Positions 10,592 to 20,604 are shown, counted from the stretch's first letter. The stretch is 64,000 nt of DNA from Bacteroidota bacterium (GCA_021794195.1 JAJYRG010000003.1:10242-74241); one strand, 5' to 3'. Notes: generated from the sequence alone by a model not told the origin. Made by a program: numbers and translations.

Positions 10592-10906
10592 ATGAGGCAA
10601 TTTTTAATTTTCCTTTTTGTTATGTCAGCTTCAGGCATTATGTCTTTAGCAGCTACACAAGGCAGCGGTAAAGGAGTGATAATTTTGTTTATTCTCAGTC
10701 AAATTTTATTTTATGGATGGTGCTTTTACTTTGTGCGCCGCTTAATTAAACGCTCGAATCGCCGAAAGCACGAAAAAGAATATGAACGCCGTAAATTTGA
10801 GTTATTAGCGCGCCAAGAGCAATTAATAGAACAAGAGTTTGAGATGCAGCAAATCTTTCGCGAGCATCTTACAGAACAGCAAAGAAGAAATGAAAAACCT
10901 GGTTAA
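10592..10906 (+). CDS. Hypothetical membrane protein (two TM segments plus coiled coil)
   Basis: Two hydrophobic segments followed by a charged helical tail. Confidence 0.6.
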   Translation: MRQFLIFLFVMSASGIMSLAATQGSGKGVIILFILSQILFYGWCFYFVRRLIKRSNRRKHEKEYERRKFELLARQEQLIEQEFEMQQIFREHLTEQQRRNEKPG

Positions 10907-10992
10907 AAACAATCTTTTTTAAGGGTATCGGTTATTCATTTTAATGCTGTTGGTTTTCTTTAATTAAATAATTGACTTAAGAATTCACAAAG

Positions 10993-11766
10993 TTAGCTTT
11001 GCTCAGTTACCGGACGTTTTGCAAATTCGAACTTCTTATTAAATAGATAAAAGAGCAATCCAGAAGCTAAAAACATAACAACGGATATGATTACCCTATT
11101 TTCCCCTATATAAATAAAAACGTGTTGTTCTGGACTGTTTTGTGCAATGATTCTAAAGAGAAAAGTGACTAAGTTACAGACCGAATGGGCAATTATACTT
11201 AATAAAATATTATTCGTTTTAAGATAAACCCATCCTAACCATAGTCCAAAAACTGTTGACCCTAGATAGTCAATATGAAAAAAACCAAAAAGAAGTGATG
11301 ATATCAGTAGCGCTAACACAACAGTATGGTTGTTTTTCAATCCATTAAAGATAATGCTACGAAAAAATAATTCTTCAAAAATTGGTACTATAATAACCAA
11401 ATTTAAAAACACAAAAATATCTGTTGGTCTCGAAATAATAGAGTCAGCGTATTTCAAAACATCTTCGGTCTTAAAGTAGGTAATCGAGCCTAATATTGGG
11501 TTAAAAACGATTAACAAAGCAATGATAGAACTTATTAAATACAGAAACATGCTTGATTTCTTTACTGTTATATTTTGCTTGTCTATAATTCCTTTTTTTG
11601 AAAGTATCAAAATGCTAAAAAGTAGAATGCTAAGTTTAATAGAAGACATTAAGAGCGTCTTCAGATTTTCTTGATCGGGTAATATGATCAACTTTTTTAA
11701 AAGCCAATGAACTACAATTAATGATAAAACCAGGAATACAATTTGGATTATATTGGGAAAACGCAT
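10993..11766 (-). CDS. CPBP (Abi/CAAX) family intramembrane metalloprotease
   Basis: PIFEELFFRS, FGFFH and HSVCN motifs; multiple TM helices; very AT-rich. Confidence 0.88.
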   Translation of the reverse strand: MRFPNIIQIVFLVLSLIVVHWLLKKLIILPDQENLKTLLMSSIKLSILLFSILILSKKGIIDKQNITVKKSSMFLYLISSIIALLIVFNPILGSITYFKTEDVLKYADSIISRPTDIFVFLNLVIIVPIFEELFFRSIIFNGLKNNHTVVLALLISSLLFGFFHIDYLGSTVFGLWLGWVYLKTNNILLSIIAHSVCNLVTFLFRIIAQNSPEQHVFIYIGENRVIISVVMFLASGLLFYLFNKKFEFAKRPVTEQS

Positions 11767-11960
11767 AATAAATACATTTTTTATAGATCTAGGGTTAGAT
11801 TTTTATATAAGAATTTTAATCTCAAAGATAAAAAACTATATACACACTCATACTTTATTCCTTAAAAATAAAGGTATTATAAAGTATATCTATTTTCTTT
11901 GCTTCCACAAGTTGTGCGCTTGTCTCAATATTTGTATAATTAGGGTAGGTCTTAAAACGA

Positions 11961-11996
11961 CAAAACCCTATAAACAGTACTGTTTATAGGGTTTTG
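11961..11996. terminator. Perfect 36-bp palindrome just downstream of tRNA-Ser, probable terminator
   Basis: CAAAACCCTATAAACAGT|ACTGTTTATAGGGTTTTG, 22 nt past the tRNA 3' end. Confidence 0.65.
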
Positions 11997-12018
11997 GTAT
12001 AAAGTGTTTCTTTGTAAG

Positions 12019-12105
12019 CGGAGAGAGCGGGATTCGAACCCGCGATACGGTAACCCGTATAACACCTTAGCAGGGTGCCGCTTTCAGCCACTCAGCCACC
12101 TCTCC
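12019..12105 (-). tRNA. tRNA-Ser (anticodon GCT), CCA not encoded
   Basis: GGAGAGG acceptor stem, D arm TGGCTGAGTGG, anticodon arm GCACC-CTGCTAA-GGTGT, long variable arm, GGTTCGAATCC T loop. Confidence 0.97.
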
Positions 12106-12120
12106 TGTTTTAAGACTGTG

Positions 12121-12128
12121 CAAACATA
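12121..12128 (-). promoter_or_regulatory. -7 promoter box of tRNA-Ser
   Basis: TATGTTTG on the minus strand, 15 nt upstream of the mature 5' end. Confidence 0.6.
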
Positions 12129-12193
12129 ATTCAAAAATTTTAATGTTCAAAACAAAACTTCTTTAAAATGATTAAAAAAATTATTCCGGGATT

Positions 12194-14323
12194 TTAAGAC
12201 GCCTTTTTGGGTAAGTCATAATCAATACGGATATGATAAATACTTTTTAACATCATTTTAAAAACCTCAGCAGCATCTTGTATATCCCGCATGGTTATAT
12301 CAGCATTGATAAACTGCCTTGAAGTAAGTTTTTTATCTATTATCTTATCCACCAAATTATCTATTGATTCTTCTGTAGGTTCTTTAAGAGCTCTTGAGGC
12401 CGCTTCTACAGAGTCAGCCATCATCAAGATAGCCATTTCTTTAGAATGAGGAGGAGGTCCTGGATAAGTAAAAATAGATTCATCCGGAATTTTGTCTGGA
12501 TTATTTTTTATAAAAGTATTATAAAAATAATCCACCCGTGTCGTTCCATGGTGGGTACGTATAAATTCGATTATAGCCGCAGGAAGATTGTTTTTTCTTG
12601 CTATTTCTATCCCTTTAAACACATGAGATATAATGATTTGTGCACTTTGTTCCGGTGTCAATTCTTCGTGGGGATTTTGTCCTGCTTTTTGATTTTCAAT
12701 AAAATATAAAGGATTAGTCATTTTCCCTATATCGTGATACATCGCCGCTGCTCTAACTAACAAAGGATTTCCACCTATTTTATAAGCAGCAGCTTCAGAA
12801 AGATTTGCTACTTGCAAGCTATGTTGAAAGGTGCCCGGTGCTTTGAGAGATAAATCCCGTAATAACTTCGAATTACTATTTGTTATTTCCATAAGCGTAA
12901 GATCTGAAACCAAGCCGAAAAGTTTTTCGAACGCATAGATCAATGGATAAGCTAAAAGCGTGAGCCCAACACTTACGATAAAAGGTAGTATATCCGACCA
13001 GTAAACCCCACTTAATGACCCGTTTCGAGCAAGGACAAACCCTAAATAGGAAACAATATAAGATGCTAAAATAACCAAGCTGGCTATCAGGAACTGTTCT
13101 CTTTTCACCACAGTCTGAATACTATATATAGCCACCATACCCGCAATAAACTGAAGGAAAACAAATTCAAAACTATTGGACACGAATAAGGCAGCAATTA
13201 ATACCATCAGAATATGAATATTCAAGGCGACACGTGTGTCGAACAGTATTTTGAATATGATCGGAACACTACAATAAGGAATGTAATAATAATTGGGAAT
13301 ATTAGCTTTGGTTACCCAAGAAAGCAATCCCAGCATGGCAGTAATCACAGCCAGTATAATAAAAATAAGTCTATTATTATTAAAGATGTCTTTTCTGTGA
13401 AGAGAAAGAAAAACGAAAAAAACAGATATAATGAGGGTAATAGTGATGAACTGTCCGATGAGCAAAGAAGATTGGTTTCCGCTCACTTTTGCTTCATCTT
13501 CGAAGACTTTTCGTAAAGACAATAGTTTTTGATAAGTCGCACTATTGATTACATTCCCATTTTCAACTATCAGTTCATCTTTTTCTACCACCCCCCTCGT
13601 TTGTGAAATATTGCTTAAAGCAGTTTGTTCTATTCTATCGGTCAGTTGTTCATTATATATATGATTCGGCGTAACATATGTCTTTAATATATCTGCCAAC
13701 CATTCGTCATATTCAATTTGATAGTTTTTATCTAGTTGTTTATTTATATATTCATTGGCTGTTTCAATAGTAAAAACATCTACCGTATTTTTTTGTTGGG
13801 CAACATTCTCTACAGTTAATGTATAATTATATTGCTTGTCCGTTTCACTTAAATTTTCTTCATCTTTTCCTCGTACCTGATATCTTTTGTTCAGCGAAAT
13901 AATACCCCGATTGTAGATATATACCAGTAAATCATTTCCCGTTTTTCTATAAGTCTCGATATCAATATCTTCAAGCGTGTCCATTCGGGCACTTTGCCAT
14001 TTTTCTGAAAAATCAGTGTTAAACTGATCGATTTGCTCTTTACTCGTCGATTCGTTGAGATTATATACCGGTTGTACAGTGGACAATATATTTTCCCGAT
14101 CTTTTTCGAGTTCATCTTGAGTTTTTAAAATGGCAAACCGATAGGGAGAACTCAGATTTTCATGGTTCCAAACTTGACCTTTTGCAAATTCGTATTGAAA
14201 CCGCGGCTGTTTGGGTAAAAATAAACAAGCCAGTATTATGGTGATTAAAATCATTCCATATTTACCGTATTGAGAATTTTTATTCCGCTTATTCTCAAAA
14301 TAATCTATCCTTGTTTTCGACAC
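12194..14323 (-). CDS. 7TM-HDIG membrane HD-domain phosphohydrolase (PgpH/YqfF-like)
   Basis: N-terminal TM, large extracytoplasmic domain, 7 TM, then HSLQV, YHDIGK, HHGT and ADSVEA motifs; GTG start. Confidence 0.9.
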   Translation of the reverse strand: MSKTRIDYFENKRNKNSQYGKYGMILITIILACLFLPKQPRFQYEFAKGQVWNHENLSSPYRFAILKTQDELEKDRENILSTVQPVYNLNESTSKEQIDQFNTDFSEKWQSARMDTLEDIDIETYRKTGNDLLVYIYNRGIISLNKRYQVRGKDEENLSETDKQYNYTLTVENVAQQKNTVDVFTIETANEYINKQLDKNYQIEYDEWLADILKTYVTPNHIYNEQLTDRIEQTALSNISQTRGVVEKDELIVENGNVINSATYQKLLSLRKVFEDEAKVSGNQSSLLIGQFITITLIISVFFVFLSLHRKDIFNNNRLIFIILAVITAMLGLLSWVTKANIPNYYYIPYCSVPIIFKILFDTRVALNIHILMVLIAALFVSNSFEFVFLQFIAGMVAIYSIQTVVKREQFLIASLVILASYIVSYLGFVLARNGSLSGVYWSDILPFIVSVGLTLLAYPLIYAFEKLFGLVSDLTLMEITNSNSKLLRDLSLKAPGTFQHSLQVANLSEAAAYKIGGNPLLVRAAAMYHDIGKMTNPLYFIENQKAGQNPHEELTPEQSAQIIISHVFKGIEIARKNNLPAAIIEFIRTHHGTTRVDYFYNTFIKNNPDKIPDESIFTYPGPPPHSKEMAILMMADSVEAASRALKEPTEESIDNLVDKIIDKKLTSRQFINADITMRDIQDAAEVFKMMLKSIYHIRIDYDLPKKAS

Positions 14324-14502
14324 GTCGTTTTTATTATGAATGTATACTTCTAAACAAATGTAACCAAATTATGATAAAAAAGCAGGATATATGCGATACG
14401 ATCCACCATTTAGTCTTCCTCGACTCCTTTTATATTTATATCTCCGAAATGATGATATTTAATGACTTTTGGTATCTTTAAGCTAACAACAATAACTTTA
14501 AT

Positions 14503-16986
14503 ATGCTGAAGAATATTATTTTCTCTTTATTTTTCGTGACTTATATTTTCGGGATTGCACAAGCGCAAGAACGGACTACTTCTGCAGAGCTTTACGAAGC
14601 CATTCGAAAACTTAATTTTTTGGGTTCAGCATTATATGTAGGCGCGCATCCTGACGATGAAAATACAGCTATGATATCTTACTTAGCTAATGATAAGCTT
14701 GCCCGCACAGCCTACATGTCAATGACAAGAGGCGACGGTGGCCAAAATCTTATCGGTCCGGAATTGCGGGAATTGTTAGGTGTTATTCGCACCCAGGAAT
14801 TGTTACAAGCAAGAAAAACAGATGGAGGTATTCAGTTTTTTTCCCGAGCTAATGATTTTGGTTTCTCAAAAAACCCCGAAGAAACTTTTGAGTTTTGGGA
14901 AAAAGAAAAGGTATTAAGTGACTTGGTTTACGTCATTCGGAAATTCAAACCCGATGTTATTATCAACCGTTTTGATCACCGTACACCGGGAGCTACACAT
15001 GGCCACCATACCGCCTCTGCTATACTCAGCAAAGAAGCTTTTCAAATGGCCGGAGATACAACAAAATTTCCAGAACATCTAGAAACTGTTTCAAGTTGGC
15101 AGCCTTATCGTTTGTTTTTTAATGATTCGTGGTTTTTGTATGAAAGCAAAGAAGCTTTTGAAAATGCAGATCACAGCCCTCATTTTAAAATGAATATAGG
15201 TGCTTATTACAATACTTTAGGAGTAAGCAATGGCGAAATTTCAGCTTTTAGCAGAAGCCAACATAGTTCTCAGGGGTTTGGAGCTTCTGGAACACGCGGA
15301 CATTCCACGGAGTATTTGGAAATCCTTGAAGGAGAAATGCCAAAAGATAATATCTTTGATGGGATTGTTACAAGTTGGAAACGTGTTCGTGGTGGAGAAG
15401 AAATCGAAAACATTCTGTCAAAAGTGGAAGAGAATTTTGACTTTAAGAACCCTTCTGCTTCCTTACCTGATCTGATAAAAGCTTACCAACTCATACAAAA
15501 ACTAGAAGATAGGCATTGGAAAACCATTAAAACTGAAGAGATAAAGGAAATCATCACAGATGCCTTAGGTTTATATTTGAGTGCCAGAGCACCTATGGCA
15601 ACGGCTATCGCAGGGGAAAAGATTAAAGTAAAGATAGAGGCTATCAATCGAAGTCAAATACCTGTCCATATAAACAGTATCTCTATCAATGGTGAAAAAC
15701 ATCCGCTCCAATCCGATTTAACCTATAATCGAAACTTCGATACCCAAAAAAGCTATCTAATTCCCCAAAACACTAAACCTACTACCCCTTATTGGTTAAA
15801 CGAGCCTCATACGATAGGTATGTACCATGTTTCAGATCCGAAGTTAATCGGAAGTCCTGAAACTCCCGCTCCGATCAAGATAGAGTTCAACTTAAACATT
15901 GCGGGACAGAATATTTCTATACAGCGGGATCTCATACATTCATATACTGATCCAGCAAAAGGAGAAGTACTCGAACCTTTCACTATTGTGCCTAAAGTAT
16001 CTCTCAAGATGGAAGAAAGTGTCGTCATACACCCAGCTTCCACCAGTAAAGAGGTCTCTGTAAAAGTAGAGGCTTTCACCAATGATATCCAAGGAAAATT
16101 AAAACTCAAAGCACCCACAAACTGGAAAATCACTCCTAGTGAGCAGAGTATTATACTTCATAAAAAAGGAGAAACGCAAACTTTTCAATTCGAAATACTT
16201 GCTCCTCGAGATTCTTCAGATATCGATTTGAAAGCAGAGTTAGAAATAGATAATCAAATTTTTGATAAACAAATACATAAAATTGATTACGGCCATATCC
16301 CTTCCCAAAAGGTTATGCTCCCCGCTGAAGCAAAACATGTGCGAATTGACATCCAAAAAAAAGGAAATAAAATTGCTTATATCGAAGGAGCCGGAGATCA
16401 AGTGGCAGAAAATCTAAAACAAATAGGCTATGAGGTGGAAACCATCACACCGGAAAGTATTAAAAAGGAAACATTAAAAAATTTTGATGCTATCATATTA
16501 GGGGTACGTGCATTTAATGTAGTGCCCGAATTACAATATAAAAACAAAGTATTATTTGATTACGTAAAAAAAGGTGGGAATGTCATTGTTCAATACAATG
16601 TAAGCCGGGGCCAGCTCCTTACAGAAGATATTGCCCCCTACCCTCTCCAAATATCTACAGATAGAGTAACAGATGAGTTTTCAAAAGTAGACTTTATCGA
16701 CAAAGAGCATCCTGTATTAAACTACCCCAATAAGATTACAGAAAATGATTTTGAAAATTGGGTACAAGAGCGGGGGCTTTATTTCCCGAATAAATGGGAT
16801 TCGGAATTTACACCTATCCTATCCATGCATGATAAAGAAGAAGAGCCAAAAGAAGGGAGCTTATTAGTTGCAAAATATGGAGAAGGGTATTATGTTTATA
16901 CGGGATTAAGCTTCTTTAGGGAATTACCTGCTGGGGTTCCGGGGGCTTATCGTTTATTTGCTAACCTTTTATCATTAGGAAAATAA
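14503..16986 (+). CDS. Exported PIG-L/LmbE-family deacetylase with C-terminal accessory domains
   Basis: Signal peptide; AHPDDE and HGHH zinc motifs; NEW3-like Ig domain and a glutamine-amidotransferase-like C-terminal domain. Confidence 0.88.
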   Translation: MLKNIIFSLFFVTYIFGIAQAQERTTSAELYEAIRKLNFLGSALYVGAHPDDENTAMISYLANDKLARTAYMSMTRGDGGQNLIGPELRELLGVIRTQELLQARKTDGGIQFFSRANDFGFSKNPEETFEFWEKEKVLSDLVYVIRKFKPDVIINRFDHRTPGATHGHHTASAILSKEAFQMAGDTTKFPEHLETVSSWQPYRLFFNDSWFLYESKEAFENADHSPHFKMNIGAYYNTLGVSNGEISAFSRSQHSSQGFGASGTRGHSTEYLEILEGEMPKDNIFDGIVTSWKRVRGGEEIENILSKVEENFDFKNPSASLPDLIKAYQLIQKLEDRHWKTIKTEEIKEIITDALGLYLSARAPMATAIAGEKIKVKIEAINRSQIPVHINSISINGEKHPLQSDLTYNRNFDTQKSYLIPQNTKPTTPYWLNEPHTIGMYHVSDPKLIGSPETPAPIKIEFNLNIAGQNISIQRDLIHSYTDPAKGEVLEPFTIVPKVSLKMEESVVIHPASTSKEVSVKVEAFTNDIQGKLKLKAPTNWKITPSEQSIILHKKGETQTFQFEILAPRDSSDIDLKAELEIDNQIFDKQIHKIDYGHIPSQKVMLPAEAKHVRIDIQKKGNKIAYIEGAGDQVAENLKQIGYEVETITPESIKKETLKNFDAIILGVRAFNVVPELQYKNKVLFDYVKKGGNVIVQYNVSRGQLLTEDIAPYPLQISTDRVTDEFSKVDFIDKEHPVLNYPNKITENDFENWVQERGLYFPNKWDSEFTPILSMHDKEEEPKEGSLLVAKYGEGYYVYTGLSFFRELPAGVPGAYRLFANLLSLGK

Positions 16987-17111
16987 TGAAGTCTCAAAAG
17001 CATTCTATAAAAAAAATTAACAGCGCATGGCTGCCTATATATACTTGGGTTTTAATAGCCAATCTATGTTATATTTTGTTTTTCCTTTTTATTTCTAAAT
17101 TTTTCGGATAA
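16986..17111 (+). CDS. 41-aa single-TM small protein (not in ORF track)
   Basis: MKSQKHSIKKINSAWLPIYTWVLIANLCYILFFLFISKFFG; TAATG stop/start overlaps with both neighbours, filling the gap exactly. Confidence 0.75.
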   Translation: MKSQKHSIKKINSAWLPIYTWVLIANLCYILFFLFISKFFG

Positions 17112-18802
17112 TGCATCTCATTGATTGGATAATTTTAACAGGCTCATTACTTTTCATTGTCGTTTACGGTACATGGAAAACCTGGGGGCAACAAAACGCG
17201 GGAGATTATTTAAAAGGGAATGCAACGAGTTGGTTTGCAATAGGACTTTCCGTAATGGCCACTCAGGCCAGCGCCATTACATTTTTATCCACACCGGGAC
17301 AAGCTTTTCACGACGGAATGGGCTTCGTTCAGTTTTATTTCGGATTGCCTATAGCCATGGTCATTATCTGCTTGGTGTTTATCCCTTTATACAAAAAGCT
17401 CAATGTATATACCGCTTATCAATATCTTGAGAGCCGTTTTGATTTAAAAACCCGCACCCTCACAGCAATATTATTCCTTATCCAAAGAGGCTTATCCGCT
17501 GGGATCACCATTTTTGCACCTGCTATAATTTTATCCAGTATATTGGGTTGGCATTTACTGTGGCTCAATATCATTATCGGTGTATTGGTCATCATTTATA
17601 CTGTTTCAGGCGGAACAAAGGCTGTAAATGTTACTCAAAAGCAGCAAATGGCAATCATGATGGGCGGTATGGGCTTAGCCTTTGTCATTCTTTTATATGC
17701 TTTACCAGAAGATGTCACTTTCTCCAATGCTTTGTCTATTGCAGGAGCAAGTGGAAAATTGGACATCGTCGATTTTTCTTTTGATTTTGAAAATAGATAC
17801 ACCTTTTGGAGTGGTATCATCGGTGGCTCTTTTTTAGCATTGTCCTATTTTGGTACAGATCAGAGCCAAGTCCAACGTTATTTATCCGGAAAATCTACGA
17901 AAGAAAGCCAACTGGGGATGATTATGAATGGCTTTCTGAAAGTTCCTATGCAATTTTTTATTTTACTAGTAGGTATAATGGTCTTCGTATTTTACCAATT
18001 TAACCATTCTCCTCTGAATTTTAATCCGGTCGCTACAAAAACCGTTGAAAACTCAGAGTACCGCGATAAATATAAAGATGTAGAATATAAACTAAACCAA
18101 AATTTTAACTCAAAACAAAACTTAGTACAGAAATATATAGCTAGTGATGAAGCCGAAAAACCGATCATTCAACAACAGATCATTGCATCCGATCAATATG
18201 AAAAAGAACTGCGGACAGAAGGCAGGGAGATTATAAAAAAAGCAGATGCTTCTGAAGAAACAAACGATAAAGATTATGTTTTCATTCACTTTATATTAAA
18301 CCATTTACCTAAAGGAGCAATAGGTCTATTGCTGGCGATGACACTTAGTGCCGCCATGTCGTCTACTGCTTCAGAGTTAAACGCATTGAGTACTACTACT
18401 ACTATCGATTTATACCAACGAAATATACCTGGAAAATCTAACGAACACTACTTGAAGATGTCTAAATGGTTCACCTTATTATGGGGAGTATTGGCCATTT
18501 TATTTGCTTGTGTCGCCAATTTATTTGATAACCTAATACAACTCGTGAATATCATCGGGTCAATTTTTTATGGGAATGTTTTAGGTGTATTTTTACTGGC
18601 ATTTTTCTTCCGTTTTGTACAAGCCCGGGCTGTATTTGCTGCAGCTATACTTACACAAATAATAGTTTTATTCGGTTGGTGGAATGATTGGATGCCTTAT
18701 TTATGGTTAAATTTGTTTGGTTGTGCCTTAGTTATCATGATTGCCTGTTTATTACAGACATTTCAAAGGACGAAAAGCCCTGATAAAGCAAAAGTACTGT
18801 AG
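17111..18802 (+). CDS. Sodium:solute symporter family protein
   Basis: ATQASAITF, DQSQVQRYL and SAAMSST motifs; about 13 TM helices. Confidence 0.92.
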   Translation: MHLIDWIILTGSLLFIVVYGTWKTWGQQNAGDYLKGNATSWFAIGLSVMATQASAITFLSTPGQAFHDGMGFVQFYFGLPIAMVIICLVFIPLYKKLNVYTAYQYLESRFDLKTRTLTAILFLIQRGLSAGITIFAPAIILSSILGWHLLWLNIIIGVLVIIYTVSGGTKAVNVTQKQQMAIMMGGMGLAFVILLYALPEDVTFSNALSIAGASGKLDIVDFSFDFENRYTFWSGIIGGSFLALSYFGTDQSQVQRYLSGKSTKESQLGMIMNGFLKVPMQFFILLVGIMVFVFYQFNHSPLNFNPVATKTVENSEYRDKYKDVEYKLNQNFNSKQNLVQKYIASDEAEKPIIQQQIIASDQYEKELRTEGREIIKKADASEETNDKDYVFIHFILNHLPKGAIGLLLAMTLSAAMSSTASELNALSTTTTIDLYQRNIPGKSNEHYLKMSKWFTLLWGVLAILFACVANLFDNLIQLVNIIGSIFYGNVLGVFLLAFFFRFVQARAVFAAAILTQIIVLFGWWNDWMPYLWLNLFGCALVIMIACLLQTFQRTKSPDKAKVL

Positions 18803-18867
18803 CTTTTAACCAAGGCTGATAATCTCTTACTTTATCATTACAACAAAACCATTTGTCCACAGAGAAA

Positions 18868-18897
18868 GACTTTAAGGAGCTTAAGCTCCTTAAAGTC
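18868..18897. terminator. Perfect 30-bp palindrome between convergent genes
   Basis: GACTTTAAGGAGCTT|AAGCTCCTTAAAGTC; TTTCTC follows on the minus strand. Confidence 0.65.
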
Positions 18898-18910
18898 AAA
18901 GGCTTTCAAC

Positions 18911-19765
18911 TCACCTTCCTTCTTCTATGCCTTTTATAAGTTCTTGATTTTGCCGGATATACGCTTCGTCAGCAGCTTCTTTTGCAGCTTCTAAAGAAGC
19001 ATTAGCTATTTTCAATGCGTTTTCTTTATTTCCTGCCTTTTCATGAATTAAAGCCTGGCTATACAAAAAATAATAAGGAGGATTTTCCATCATTTTAATC
19101 CCTTCATCTATCCATTCTTTCGCCTGATTTACATCTTTCCCAGTTTGATGAAAATAATTCGCCGCACTAATATAGTCTTGGGCTTTAGGAGTTCCGTTTT
19201 GCATTGTTTTTTCGATAGATGTCATGGCTTTTGTATCCGTAGGCACTTCTATTTCAGCAGCTACATATACATCATCCCACCGAAAACTAATTTCCCCTTT
19301 ATCCATCTCTATATCATCTATAGAGATGGTAAAAGTTTCTGTAATAAATGGCGTAATCTGAACCTCTGCAGTTGTTTTGGCGCGTACTTTTTCTTCATCC
19401 CACTGCACCTGATTTCCCCAGTTATCGTTTTCCGAATAAAAATAAATTTCCCAATTTCCCTTCTCCGGTTTTGTGAAAATGGCATATTTACCTGCTTCTA
19501 ATGTTTGTCCGTCAATAATAACATCATCAGAAAAAACGATTGTTGTGTTGGCATTCGCACCTGTTCTCCAAATCTTTCCGTAAGGCACTACATTGCCGAA
19601 AATTTCTCTGTCTTTTTTGTTAGGACGAGAGTACTGAATCTCTATTTCCGTTAATCCAATAGTCGCTTTCAGTTCAGAATATGTGCTTGCCTGCGGAACA
19701 TTAACTTGTCCATAACTCAACGCTAAAATGCTGCTGCATAATAAAGTCATGATTATTTTTTTCAT
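18911..19765 (-). CDS. DUF2911 domain exported protein with C-terminal TPR-like helices
   Basis: Signal peptide; YSRP...IFG.VVPYGKIWRTGANANT motif. Confidence 0.88.
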   Translation of the reverse strand: MKKIIMTLLCSSILALSYGQVNVPQASTYSELKATIGLTEIEIQYSRPNKKDREIFGNVVPYGKIWRTGANANTTIVFSDDVIIDGQTLEAGKYAIFTKPEKGNWEIYFYSENDNWGNQVQWDEEKVRAKTTAEVQITPFITETFTISIDDIEMDKGEISFRWDDVYVAAEIEVPTDTKAMTSIEKTMQNGTPKAQDYISAANYFHQTGKDVNQAKEWIDEGIKMMENPPYYFLYSQALIHEKAGNKENALKIANASLEAAKEAADEAYIRQNQELIKGIEEGR

Positions 19766-19806
19766 ATCATTTTATTATTTAAAAGGTTATTTACATCAGA
19801 ATATCA

Positions 19807-20604
19807 TTAAAAAGAATAACGAAGCCCTAATGTATAGAAAGTATATACATCATTACTTATATTTCCTTCAATAGTAGGATTATACCCATCTAACAGATCA
19901 TTCGTAGAAAATGACATTTGAGCATTTGCCACAGCGCTCCAAACACCTTTGTTTTGATAATAAAGGTCTGTAGATGTAAACGGGAAAACCAACCCTGTAT
20001 TGATTACCGGAGCAATCGGGCTATATACATATTCTTGATATGTTAAATTGCCTTGTGGATCTTCGGTTTTTACACCATCAGTTCTTGGGGAAGAATCGAT
20101 GTATAAAGATTGGTAATCATTTAACACGACACCTACTCCTGCCCCCACATAAAAACCATTTAATAAACGTGCTCCTACTGTTTCATTCCTATCCCATATA
20201 CTGCCTGTAAAATAATGAAAGGGATGAATGGTTAGGTTTAAAGAGATAGATTTATAAAAGTTATTCACTCTCCGTGCAGGATCTGGGACACCTTCTGACA
20301 TATCTTCGGTAAGAGTATCTTTTAAAGCCTCCTCTGTTTTCAAGTTGCCCAATTGAAATTCTGCTCCTATTAAGATTCCTTTCCAAATTTTCCTGTCGTA
20401 TTTGGCTTGAACTCCCACACCAATATTAGACTTTCTGTCATTTATATCTCCATATAAAAAGGTGGGGCCTGCCCCCAAAGTAAAATGGTTTTTATTAAAC
20501 GCATCATATCTTCCATCGGGGCTCGGACAGTTTATTTGAGCATTTGCCCGATAGGTAAGACAATAAATCAAACTTACAATTAAAAAAATATGTGTTTTTT
20601 TCAT
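19807..20604 (-). CDS. Putative outer membrane beta-barrel protein
   Basis: Signal peptide, alternating amphipathic strands, C-terminal beta-signal TLGLRYSF. Confidence 0.65.
   Translation of the reverse strand: MKKTHIFLIVSLIYCLTYRANAQINCPSPDGRYDAFNKNHFTLGAGPTFLYGDINDRKSNIGVGVQAKYDRKIWKGILIGAEFQLGNLKTEEALKDTLTEDMSEGVPDPARRVNNFYKSISLNLTIHPFHYFTGSIWDRNETVGARLLNGFYVGAGVGVVLNDYQSLYIDSSPRTDGVKTEDPQGNLTYQEYVYSPIAPVINTGLVFPFTSTDLYYQNKGVWSAVANAQMSFSTNDLLDGYNPTIEGNISNDVYTFYTLGLRYSF

Noticed and set aside
11753-11989. 78-aa plus-strand ORF before tRNA-Ser
   Set aside because: Runs through the CPBP promoter region and the tRNA terminator palindrome; composition looks non-coding
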